Source of the DNA: Blepharisma stoltei ATCC 30299
Taxonomy: Eukaryota > Protista > Ciliophora
Assembly: GCA_965603825.1 (NCBI GenBank)
Contig: CBFDEM010000023.1
Span: 124,001 to 188,000 of the forward strand
Reading direction: 5' to 3'
Length of the DNA: 64,000 bases
Below, in pieces: positions 25,501 to 38,964 of this stretch. The position numbers and the translations under genes are program-made. Below the pieces are notes generated by a model. The model saw only the letters and a program-made list of their open reading frames with translations. It did no database searches and was not told the DNA's origin. How positions within the stretch are numbered: the first letter of the stretch is position 1; the number at the start of each line of letters is the position of its first letter.

Positions 25501-26299
25501 TACTACTCTATTATTGGATGTTTACGTATGTGACCATAAAGCCCAAAAACATTCTTTTGTATGGAGAGACTGCTATATGAACTGCTGGGACGATAAGCAT
25601 TATCCTTACATTGCAATGTCAGCACTCGCTATCTCTTGCTATGAGCCTATTGCTGTATTTTCACGTCCACTATGGCAGCAAGCTAAAACAGGGTTGAATC
25701 TTATGATTAAACCTTTCTTTTTACTGTTCAAAACTTGCGTGCAGATCCTACTAATCGCAATCGGAAAGTCTTTACAAGGTACATCGCCTATAGCCCACGG
25801 TGTTGTTTTCTCTATCTTGTTTATAGCTTTCACCTATATTACTTTTAAATTGAAGCCATTCAATTACTCTAGGTGCAATTTGTGGGAGCTTACCTCATTA
25901 ATTGCTGTGTCTTATTTAGCATTTTTAGCTACAATTTCTAATGCAGCAGATCCTGCCAATGTGGCTTGGTTTATTGTGCTTATGATTGGATGGGCCATTA
26001 TTGGCGGCGGAGCATTTTTGATACAGAAGAAATATATGCCAAACTTACTTGTCCCACCAGGTGGAGCTAAATCTAAAAGAAAAGTCTATGATGCCCTGTC
26101 GTTGAGAAGAGGGAATGAATCAGCTTCTGTAGATATGGATAACTCAGAATTAGCATTAAAGCCTCATGACCCAAGCCCAGCTGAGCAGTCTGTGATTGAG
26201 CCTGAAAATGATAATAAAGTTGAAGAAGAGCCAAAACCTCAGGAAGAAGAAGGCGAAGAAAATCAGAATATCAATGAAAATGAAGACCACGAGTCATAA
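22541..26299 (+). CDS. Receptor-like membrane protein, 1252 aa: signal peptide, two tandem ANF-receptor/Venus-flytrap domains, multi-TM C-terminus
   Basis: ATG 22541 joins 22874-26299 via TGA 22763. Motifs FGWSNIGLVY / QGWKKICVIY, GSGYAWI / GSDYAWI, FLRTIQPD, AYD, FTGASGKVKF; both domains end in I.W.G. Confidence 0.9.
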
Positions 26300-26531
26300 T
26301 AAATATTAAAATGTTTTAGAAATTATTGACTGGCTTTATAAAAATGTCTATAATAATAATGTTGAAAGTCTTAATTTAAAGCGTGAATTTGCTTATAAAT
26401 ATAACTCAACTATTTATTTTTATTTTTTGTAATAATTTCTTTTGTTTCTTCAATAGCTTTTAGGAAATAAAATTTCAGAAATTAATTTAAATATTATTTT
26501 GATAAAGAATAATAATCTAGCAAATTACTCA

Positions 26532-27332
26532 TTAATTCGAAAGTCTGTACCTCTGCAAGGAACTTGAAATTGCTTTGAGCTCGCTTGTGATTTCCTTTTC
26601 ACGGTCTCTTATGTAATTAAATTTCAGGACTTCTTCAATCTCGCTTGGGGTCCCATGAATTTTCATGCTCCCAAAGCTATTTTTTGCTCTTATTTTTGCT
26701 AATACTTCTGGTTTTAATATATCAAACTTGGACCTTTGCAAGTCTTTTGCGTCTTCTTTTTTCTCAGGCACATTTCTCAATAAGTCTGTCAATTGCCGCT
26801 TGTACTTCTTGACCGCTTTTGCAGACTGTTTTTGTAGTGGACTTATGTTTATATTTTTTCCTTCTAACTCTGGGCTATTCGAGACTTTTCCTTTCTTTTT
26901 CACCTTTTTTATTCTATTTGTGGAAAAGCTTTTTTTAATCCAAGAAGTCGGACTATAATACTGTGCAAAAATCGGTCCAATTGAGTCGCGATTGGGCAAA
27001 ACCAGTCTCATCTTTCTATTTTTACATGAATCAGTTTCTTCTTGATAATTGTCTAATAAATTCCTGTCTTTTGTTTTCCGAAAAGTTGATTCCGAAGTAA
27101 GAAGGCGTCCTATATTATCACGCTCATATAAAAAAGGTACAAAATTTTTTTGAAATTTTGTTTCTGACAGAGTATTCGATCGCATTGTTTCTTTAAGAAG
27201 CATTGGAGGCAATTTTGCAGAAGTTTTGCTATGCTTTATAATTCTTTCAAGCTCTTTTTGGATGCCGCGAGTAAGGCTAGGGCTGAAATTGTGGTATAAT
27301 GGATTTAAATTTAGGCTTCCTTCTTTAGCCAT
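26532..27332 (-). CDS. Hypothetical basic protein, 266 aa
   Basis: Uninterrupted ATG-TAA ORF; no recognised motif. Confidence 0.75.
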   Translation of the reverse strand: MAKEGSLNLNPLYHNFSPSLTRGIQKELERIIKHSKTSAKLPPMLLKETMRSNTLSETKFQKNFVPFLYERDNIGRLLTSESTFRKTKDRNLLDNYQEETDSCKNRKMRLVLPNRDSIGPIFAQYYSPTSWIKKSFSTNRIKKVKKKGKVSNSPELEGKNINISPLQKQSAKAVKKYKRQLTDLLRNVPEKKEDAKDLQRSKFDILKPEVLAKIRAKNSFGSMKIHGTPSEIEEVLKFNYIRDREKEITSELKAISSSLQRYRLSN

Positions 27333-27352
27333 TTATTTAATATTAAAGAAAA

Positions 27353-28588
27353 TTATATTATTTGTCCTCTACTGCTTGAGGAGCCATAAGAAGTCATCAC
27401 TCTTCTATTAAAACTTTTCGATACAGAATTTAACGAAAACATCAAGCTTGGCTGTGACCGAGAAGTTTTAATAGCCTGCGGAGATTTATGCTGTATATTG
27501 TTCCTTAATTGCAGCAAAATTCGCTTGTGAATGCCAAAACTTGATGAATTTAATTTTCCTGAAGACTCATAAAGCGAGTCCATTTCATACCTTTGAGCTA
27601 CCAAAGCAAGCTTTTTCTTCCCTAAGCTGCTTGCAGAAGAAAAATTAAAAGTCCTGGTAAATAAAATAGGGGTAAGCGGCTTAGTTTTTATTTTCTTTTT
27701 ATTGAAGCCTATCAGCTGGTTTCTCCCTTGTTCTTTTAGCGAAAAATTATTTTTCAAAATTTCTTTTGTGTCTTCAGGTATTAATTGTAAAAATTCTTTT
27801 TTTAGGATATAAATAGTGGCAGTGTCTGAGCAGACCACTATTGTGTATTTATTTGGAATGCCTAATAAAGCGGACTCTTCACCAAAGCAATTGCCAGATT
27901 CTAACTTGACAAGCTCAGAATTCCCTGACGTTATATATTCAGATACTATAGCAAGCTGCCCGTTCTTAATGAAAAATAAATCATAATTATTTTCTCCTTC
28001 AGATAAAATTGTACAGCCTCGAGAGCACTCGATGCTTGTTAAAGAATAAGCAATTCTGTCTCTGTGGTATGATGATACTACTTGTTTTACCTTTGGGAAA
28101 TATTTTTCAATGAACGTTATTTTTTCGTGAAATATGGAGTATGCTTCAGCACTGAGTAGTTCTCTATAATCTTCCGTAGACAATGTTAAAAATGTGCATT
28201 TTGTTGTACATACAAAAGTCGATACTGAAATCTGGCCATTTTTCTTTGTAAACTCTCCTATAATACTTCCTGGCCTTACTGATTCTGAGTATACAAGCTC
28301 ACCCCCAATATTTTGTTCATAGCAATTTAATTTTCCTTGTATAAGCACATAGCATTTTCTAAAAATCTCTCCTTTTCTTATCAGATATGTACCTTGTAAG
28401 ACATTTTCAACTTGCAAAGATCTAATTATTTGGTGTTTATGCAATTTATGATATGTTTTCATCCTATCTCCGATTCCTTCAAATTGACATAAAACTTTAA
28501 CTACATAATCAAACTCATCTTGAGACTTAGGCTGCTCTTCTATTATATTAATTGCAACGTCTATTTCTTTATCAGCACTTTTGATCAT
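27353..28588 (-). CDS. Cyclic-nucleotide-binding domain protein (two degenerate cNMP domains)
   Basis: GTYLIRKGE..YVLIQG..GSIIGE and GCTILSEGE..FFIKNG..GNCFGEESAL. Confidence 0.85.
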   Translation of the reverse strand: MIKSADKEIDVAINIIEEQPKSQDEFDYVVKVLCQFEGIGDRMKTYHKLHKHQIIRSLQVENVLQGTYLIRKGEIFRKCYVLIQGKLNCYEQNIGGELVYSESVRPGSIIGEFTKKNGQISVSTFVCTTKCTFLTLSTEDYRELLSAEAYSIFHEKITFIEKYFPKVKQVVSSYHRDRIAYSLTSIECSRGCTILSEGENNYDLFFIKNGQLAIVSEYITSGNSELVKLESGNCFGEESALLGIPNKYTIVVCSDTATIYILKKEFLQLIPEDTKEILKNNFSLKEQGRNQLIGFNKKKIKTKPLTPILFTRTFNFSSASSLGKKKLALVAQRYEMDSLYESSGKLNSSSFGIHKRILLQLRNNIQHKSPQAIKTSRSQPSLMFSLNSVSKSFNRRVMTSYGSSSSRGQII

Positions 28589-28642
28589 TTATTTCTTTTT
28601 TTAATGTAGTAGCATTCTTTAAAGATTAAATCATTACTTATA

Positions 28643-29026
28643 TTATAAATGGAATTTTCCAAGCTCTGGACAAGATTTTGATGAGGAAAGTTTCATTCTT
28701 GGAGTTTCGACTTCTTCGTATGACTCGTCTGATGAACTGTCATCATTATTTCGGGGTTCTGAATTTCTTATCATTTTAATAAGGGCTAAAGAAGCGATGC
28801 CTGCCGCTTCTAAAGTCTAGATAAAAATTACAGTTGATATGCCTGATGTTAAGGTCGAGACCCATTTTAATCTCAGATGAGAACTGGGTTCAGATACCAT
28901 ACTGATAGACTCAGATACAAAGCATGGAATTTCGGTATCCATTGACAAGGCTGCGCCTGCTATTTGATCTTCTATGTCAAGATGATTCCAATAGGTGTCG
29001 AGAAACTCTGATGAAGAGGTGCCCAT
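28643..29026 (-). CDS. Hypothetical protein, 122 aa; 15-nt intron 28817-28831
   Basis: The ORF's TAG is the 3' end of GTAATTTTTATCTAG; removal opens 57 more codons to TAA 28643. Confidence 0.8.
28817..28831 (-). other. 15-nt spliceosomal intron GTAATTTTTATCTAG
   Basis: Matches the consensus of the other three introns. Confidence 0.88.
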
Positions 29027-29417
29027 TTTAAAAATTATAGGTGTGGGTATTTAATTGTACAGAAACACAAGATATTGATTAGAAAATCGGCAGCAAAACT
29101 TAAAAAAGTGAGAAGAATAAGTTAATTATTGATGTCATGAGTTAGGAAAAATGGATGAGCTAACGACTGATAAAGGATTTTGGAGATTTTTTGCTTTGTG
29201 ATGCAGAAAATCATTAAATGCATGTAATTTCATGCTGTAAATGAATTTGGGGGTATTTGAAAAAAAAATCAACTCAATTTTCGCATTTCTCCAATTAAGG
29301 GTAGAATTTTGCACATCAATTTTTTGTGATTTTTATTATTTTTCACATTTTATATTCTGACAATTTTCTATCCAAAAATTATTAAAGTTTGGTTTAAGTT
29401 TTAACTAATATCACGAA

Positions 29418-30500
29418 TTAAAAATCAGGGAACATATCAAAAGCTGCTATTTGATCAGCTATATCTGGATCTTCTTCTTCTTTATACTTATCGAAATTAG
29501 AAGAATCATCAGGTGCACGAATAATTGGAACAATAGGAGGATTTAAACATTGAAGATCTACATCTCTTCAATTAATCCCTCTAAAGAACGCATGTCTTTT
29601 AATCGCTTCTTCGCTTATCCGCTTTTTAGGGTCTTTCATGAGCAATTTTGAAATTAAATCATGAGCTGCCTCGTCAAGATTTTCAGGGTATGCGACTTCA
29701 CTTGATATTATTTTTTTGTAAATATTATACGGATTTTTTTCCTCAAACGGCGGTCTGCCTACAAGCATTTCAAAAAGCAAAATGCCTAATGTTCACCAGT
29801 CAGCTTCTAAGTGGTGTCCATTCTGCAAAATCACTTCTGGGGGCAGATATTCAGGAGTCCCACATAAAGTATAGGTGTATTCCCCTGGGGTTAAAAATTT
29901 GGTAAAGCCAAAATCAACAAATTTAATGTGTCCTTCTTTTGATAATAAAATATTTTCTGGCTTTAAATCTCGATACACTGCGTTTTGTGAATGAATATAA
30001 GAAAAAGCAGACACAACCTCAGCAGCGTAAAATTTCGCTGTTGGAACAGTAAACATCCTATTAATCCTTAGGTGCTTATAAAGCTCTCCACCTGGGATAT
30101 ATTCCAAAAATAAATACAGTCGTTTCCGATCTTGTTGTGTCCCTATAAGTTTCGCTATAAACGGATGCGAAAATTCCTGTAACGCTTTCTTTTCACTTTT
30201 TATATGCTCGACCTGTCTCATTTGGATTATTTGGCTTTTATACATCATCTTGATGACAATAATTTCATCAGTTGCAATATTCCTAGCAAGTCTGACTCGT
30301 GCAAAGGTGCCAGTGCCTACAGTTCTCATTAGACGGAACTGTTCGAGCGATACTTTACGCTGAATTGATCTTTGGTTTGAAATAAAAAGGCTGGTTCGGC
30401 GTAGTCTTGGGGTTATATGAGATATTGTACTGTTTGGTGGCAGTGGGGAAAGAGTTTTTCTCCCAATTGTAAAATTCAACCCCTTGTTCTTTTTTATCAT
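29418..30500 (-). CDS. cAMP-dependent protein kinase catalytic subunit-like (PKA/PRKX), 360 aa
   Basis: GTGTFARV, YRDLKPEN, DFG, TLCGTPEY, DW[TGA]TLG, FRGIN[TGA], DSSNFD, C-terminal FPDF-TAA. Confidence 0.95.
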
Positions 30501-30846
30501 TAGGAGTCTCTAATTTATAGAGAAAATAATAATTACTAGTAGAATCAAATCTAGTTAAGATAAATTTGTGTAAAAAAATTAAAATGGATTTTTAATAGAT
30601 TTCATAGGAGCTGCAACTGAATTTTAAGGCGGAAATAATAAGAAAAGTAAGACTTAAGTAATATGAGAGAGAAAATCGAGAGACTTTGATTAAAATCGAG
30701 GGTTATTGTAACTTTTTTATGTAAAAATGTAGATAATAAGACATTTTATCAATATTTGAATTAAATGAAATTTTATTTTTTCAGCATTTATCTCAAACAC
30801 AGTCTAAATATTTTAAATTTTAATAATCATTAAATACTTTTTTAGA

Positions 30847-32658
30847 TTAGAGCATAGAACTCTGTGCATTTCCAGGTCTATTTGAAACTTCTAAAACGTC
30901 CATTAGCCTTGTTAATTCTGACATCATAGCTTCAATTCTCTGCAAGACTCCACGGTCATCCCCAGTCCCTCCTTGAGCATGTTTCTAAATATTTCTTACA
31001 CTCGCATTAGTAACTGAAATACTTTCAGGCTGAGGAATATAAACTTGTCCTTCTACTCTGCTTATAGCGGAATTCGACCATGACTGCTGGTTTCTTTCGT
31101 TTTTAGTCAAAATATCTATTTGTTTTTTTAAATTGGCGTTTTCTAGGTTTAAAGTGACACAGTTGCTTTCAGCTTTAAATAATGCTCTTTCGTATTCTAG
31201 GCACTGTGAGCACTCACTGTGAATTTTTTCTCTTTGCTCTTGTAGGGGAGGGTGCTCACTCCCTAGTCCTTGTCTTGGCTTGATGTAGTCTTCGCTTTCG
31301 CTGTCACTTTCGCTTTCGTTTTTTGATTCTTCTTCCTCTTCTGGCTGGATATTATATTTGTTTATAAGAGCGTCGCTTTTATATTCATCAGAATCTGAGG
31401 AGTCTTTTCTGAAATTCACCTTTTTAGAAGGCTTTTCATTTTTTGGGCTATTAGGCTCACTTATAAAAATTGGGTCTACGGATTGTTGAAGATTCATTAA
31501 TTTTATTTCCCAGCTCATTTTTTCCTCACTTGCATTTTCACGTCTATAAGATGAAAAATTTTTCCTGAGTTTAGAAATGATAGCTTTTAAAATCCCTGTT
31601 TGTTCATCATTAACGTTTTCTCTTATATCTAAAAATAATAGTGTTGAATTTGAATACAAAAGACTGACAATTTCTTTAATTCCTTCAAAAGTAATTTTAT
31701 TTTTTTTTAAATCCAGGGATCTTAATGCGCTATCATGGTAAAATGTGTGGCAGAGGTCGTAGACAGCTTTATCTTTAAGCTTGTTGTTGCTTAGATTAAG
31801 CTCTTCTAAGCCTTCTTTGCTTAGATTTTCTATTTGATTTCCTCTCAGCCCAGCTATTCACATATCGTGATCTCTTCTTTCTCTTTGCATATTAATAATT
31901 CTTCCTATTTCGTATCCACAGCTTTCTTCAAGCTCGTTGCTAGATAAATCCAGATTTTTTATTGTTTGATTTTTCATTAATGGTGGTATTAGGACACTTA
32001 AATCTTCATCTTTAAGTTTGCAGAAATTTATTTGAAGATTTACTATAGGCGACTGCCCATCTAAACCTTCCGCTAAAAAATGCCATCCTTCTTTGCCTAT
32101 TTTTAGCCCAATCAGCTTTATATCTGTCATAACTGTATTATTTATCATATTCAGCGACAAAGATTTCAATATTTTCGCATTAAAACTTCTATTTCTACTA
32201 TTGCATATCGTCCCTGGATCTATATGTATTTCTGAATCAGATTTATCATGAGGATTTGGCACTAAATAAAATTTCTTCGGCGATTTTACCTTGAGAAATG
32301 GCTCTGTAGCTGAAGGAGCAAGTGACCGTGAATGCGAATAATAAAAATCGTCATTTGAAATTAAATCAGAAAAGTTTTGGCCTCACACATAAATTCTTTT
32401 CAAAAGGTGAAATGCAGGGAGAGATGCTTGAATTGATTTTAAATCTGAATTTTTTAAGTCGTCAACGTTTAATTTAAGTTCACAATTTCGTAAATTTGAA
32501 GTAATGCGGCTGCTTGGCATGACGTGAATTTCTGAACAAATTTCACGGTAGCTTTCTGAGTAGCCTTTGGTAGAAATTCGAGCTGAGGAGCCTAAGGGGC
32601 GAGGAGAGGTAAGTGGAGTAATTTTTTTTTGAGAAATTTTCTTGCGATTTCGGTTCAT
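30847..32658 (-). CDS. CEP78-like LRR/coiled-coil protein; 15-nt intron 30985-30999
   Basis: Three fragments in one frame joined by TGA. QRERRDHDM[W]IAGLRG and NSTLLFLDIREN recall CEP78 LRR motifs. Intron removal extends the frame to TAA 30847. Confidence 0.75.
30985..30999 (-). other. 15-nt spliceosomal intron GTAAGAAATATTTAG
   Basis: Matches consensus; removal gives 45 further sense codons. Confidence 0.88.
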
Positions 32659-32732
32659 GTGAATTTTGATTTTATGAGAATTAAAATTGATTTATTTGTA
32701 ATTAAAATTTGCTTATGATTTATCTAATTTAT

Positions 32733-35450
32733 TTATTTATGCTTTCCTGTCTCAAAATGAACTGTCCCTTCTCCAGGATTATACGTATATTTCAACGGAA
32801 TCGGTCTCAAATTCAAATTTCCTTGCGAATCCAACAAAATTTCAGCCAGTTTCGTATCGATTTCATCCACACATTTATGCAGCCTCGCTCTTAATTTTTC
32901 AGTCACAAACTTATGTGACTCAATCCATTTTTTCAAGCTTTCAGCTATCAAATTATGCCCATATTCTCCAAACTTTTCATTTCTTGTCTTTAACTTATTA
33001 TAATGGCTATTAAAGCTTACACTCTGCGTAATAAATTCTGACTCATTGAATTCTATATCATTTCCTTCAATATTAAGCCTCAAAATCACAAAATTTGTAG
33101 TCAATGCATGCCCTATGGCTTCAGCCCCTACATTTCCGATTTCATTGGTATCTAAATCAACTTCTACTAGTGTTGTGCTGTTTTCTATAAGTCTTGCTAC
33201 ATATTGAGCTCCTTCATTGCCCATCATATTTCCGCTTAAACTTAAAGTATTTAAAAACTTTAGGTGTTGGCAAACTTCACAAATTTCTCGAATTCCATCA
33301 GCTTGTAGCTTGCAAAACCCTAGATCCAAGATTTCTAGTTTATTATTTTTTGCTATTGGCATGCAGAGCTGCTGGGCAAAATATGGCCCGATTTCTACCC
33401 TGGCGACTCTAAATTCTATGAGTTCTACATTTGTGTTTAAAGACTCCAAAAATTTTTGTAGGCTGTATTCAGTGACTCTATTATCATTTGATAAATGATT
33501 TCTAGGTTTTTTGGTCTCATGACGAGTTACTAATGGATTATTTGATAAATTAATGACTTTTAGCTGGGTATTTGCTTCTAAAAACAGTGAAAGGACAATT
33601 AATTCTTCAGTGTACAATTTTTGATTAGAAAGGTCTAAGATGTCAATTCTGTTTGATTTTATCGCACTCAAAGGCAAACAGCCACCAAAAATTCTTATGT
33701 TTGGGATTCTAGATTCCAATATAAATTTATTTAAATACTCCAGAGTGAAATCATTTACATCAAAATTTCGTAAATCAAGAATATAATCTTCATGAAAAAT
33801 CTGCTGGTCTTTTACTTCTACATGCTCCAGCCCCTCCATTAAAATTTCTGGTATTGACTCCAAGTCTTTTTTTAAGGCAATTAAATCATTTCTCACTTCA
33901 TTAATATTCTTATACCGAATCCTCAGATCTTTTGCTAAAATTTTCAATAAAAAGCTACACATCCCATTAGAAACCATCAAATTGTTCAGTAATTTTGGAC
34001 AATTTCATTCCCCTAGCAGTTCTCTTTGTCCTTGATGGTCTGGATGCACAGAAGTCATGATACTGAAATTATCTGGGCTTTTTCCTGTGAGTGCATTATA
34101 TAAAATAGCTCCAATACTGTATATGTCGCATTGTGCAGTTATTTCTTGTTTAGGGATTCTTGAAGTTCTCCTATATTCTTCTGCTAGTTCTTTATGCTCT
34201 GGGGATAAGAAATTTTCATCACGAAAAGTTATGTCATATTTATCTTCTGGTAATTGTTGGAAATATGGACTTTCTACACCTAAAATTTCTAAGGTGTCCC
34301 ATATAGCAAGCTCTAGATCAAGAAAGGCTAGATTATGGATATTTTGATCAACTAAATAGATAGAAGATGGATTTATGTTGGAATGGACAACGTGGATATT
34401 GTGGAGAACTTCTAATTTATCGAGGAGCTCTAGACCTAAATCAATTGTTTCCAGCTCGCTCATACAGAAGAGACAAGTCTTTTTTTCTGATTTTTTGGTT
34501 TTTTCTCGCTGCTTGATTCTTAATGAAAAATATTCTTTGAGAGTCATTTGGGTAGTTTCTATATCAGAAATTCTTTTATATAGTAAACCACCAGGGAGCT
34601 CTCCGAATTCATGGATTTGTTCGCTAGTAATTTTATTTTTTAAGACAATTTCTCTAAAATAGTTCTGTCTAAAATTTTTATCGCCTTGTATACCAGCTAC
34701 ATATATAAGCTCAAATGTTAATTTTCCTTGACCAAGCATAGGCTTGACATCTAGCATAGCATGTTTATATTTTTGCTTATAAATTGACGATATTTCTTCA
34801 ATTATATTCGGTGTCTCAATAATTTCGTATTTTCCTAAAAACAGCCCACCTTTTTGTAAATAATTAATCACAGGGAAAGGATTTTCTACTAAAATTGTGG
34901 AAATTTTTCTCATATAAACGTAAGATTTTTCGAAAATTTCAGAAAATTTAAAGCATTCTTCAGATATTATTTGCTTGAAAGTTTGGAAATCAATGGCTTC
35001 ACCGTTGCAAACTCTTTCTTTGAATTCATCAATATCAACAGGCTCAGTAGGGGGAGATTGGATTTCGCCAACATTGCAAATAGCTCTTAAGCATTTTTCA
35101 ATGCAAAATCCAAACTCATCAGGGGTCATAGTAGATTGGTCTTCGAAGCAATATAAAGAAAATAAGGTTTTTAGCCTATCTTCCAGCTTTCCATTACTTA
35201 AAATAATTAAACCAGTAAGGAATTCAATCACTTCGATTTCTAATCCTGTATCATAAAATTTTTTGTAATTCAGCTTGATATCGTCGTTTTGAATGATAGC
35301 TTTTTGGAATTCATTAGGAGTCATTGTTTCTGGAGCTCTAAGTTTTCTCCATCTAACACATAAATTATTGATTTTTTCGCTTGGTATGATATGCTTTTTC
35401 ATAAGATCATTTTTGTAAGCTGAATAAAGAGTTGTGAGACAAATTCCCAT
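32733..35450 (-). CDS. EF-hand-like + pseudokinase + RI-type LRR protein, 905 aa
   Basis: 34005-35450 and 32733-33980 joined by TGA. GKLEDRLKTLFSLY (calcineurin-B/NCS-like); VHSNINPSSIYL, FLDLE, FLSPE, DIYSIGAILY; LSLSGNMMGNEGA repeats. Confidence 0.85.
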
Positions 35451-35861
35451 ATTGATTATATGTTTTAAGAGTTACAAGCTTTAAGTAAAACTGATATAAA
35501 TGCTTGGTATAAATTTATATTTAGCTTTCTTATCTCATTATTATTCTGCTTTCTATATTTCAAGCTTTTTCTACTATAAAATTCTCATTATAGTTTTTAG
35601 AAATATTTAGATTTGCTATAACAAGATATTATAGTTTTTTGCTTCATTTGTATATCACAGTCCTGCTTATTATTCAGCTTAAATTTCTAAATAACTCTGT
35701 GACCTAGCAAATTTACCCATAGTGGACTTTATGAATACTCAGAAATAATAGACAGGCAAGGGCGAGAATAAGCAGACCTAGGATTTTACCTTAACTATAT
35801 ATTTAAAATAATTTTAATCATTTTCTTTTAATTTCGAAATTACGTTAAACTATAAATTTAA

Positions 35862-38477
<2,616 letters not shown>

Positions 38478-38516
38478 ATATTTATTTAAATTTAATTTCT
38501 TAGCAGTTATTTAAAT

Positions 38517-38951
38517 ATGAAGCGAACCAAAGAAAATTGGATTGAAGGGCATCCACAGGATCGCAACGGTATTTCTGGCTGCCGTATATTCGATGGGGAA
38601 GATTTGCATTATCAAGAAAGGAAAAGAGCCCAGCAAGAAACCCAAAAGAAGTGGATCGAAGAACAAAAGAGAGAAAACGAAGAAAAAAAGCGAAGAGAGG
38701 AGGAGGAAGAAAGACAATATGCTTTTCAAACTCAGCAGGCAAACAGAATGAGAGGACTTCTTGAAGATGATTTAGAAAGTAAAAAAAGAATGATGCAGTC
38801 CTCCACTAGAGATGCCAATCTCCAATTAAGCCGTGAAAAGAAAGAAAAAGAACGCTACGAAAACTCGCTTAAACTGAGAGAAGAAAATCAAGATTTATTA
38901 GAACAGAAAACAATAAGGCAGGTCCCTCCATATGAAAACCCACTTGAATAG
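38517..38951 (+). CDS. RIB43A-family ciliary microtubule inner protein (short form), 144 aa
   Basis: GISGCRIFDGEDL..ERKRAQQETQKKWIEEQ resembles the RIB43A signature; coiled coil. Confidence 0.75.
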   Translation: MKRTKENWIEGHPQDRNGISGCRIFDGEDLHYQERKRAQQETQKKWIEEQKRENEEKKRREEEEERQYAFQTQQANRMRGLLEDDLESKKRMMQSSTRDANLQLSREKKEKERYENSLKLREENQDLLEQKTIRQVPPYENPLE

Positions 38952-38964
38952 ATTATTAATAGAA

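Noticed and set aside
27353-30500. cNMP-binding gene near PKA catalytic gene as a regulatory/catalytic pair
   Set aside because: The cNMP domains lack the PRAA phosphate-binding motif of PKA-R; both families are large in ciliates, so proximity is likely chance.
32275-32289. Possible 15-nt intron GTAAAATCGCCGAAG
   Set aside because: Lacks the position-10 A and TAG end, is GC-rich, and the frame is open without splicing.
35640-35800. Telomerase RNA or snRNA
   Set aside because: No CCCTAACA-type template and no recognisable U1/U2/U4/U5/U6 or SRP motifs.
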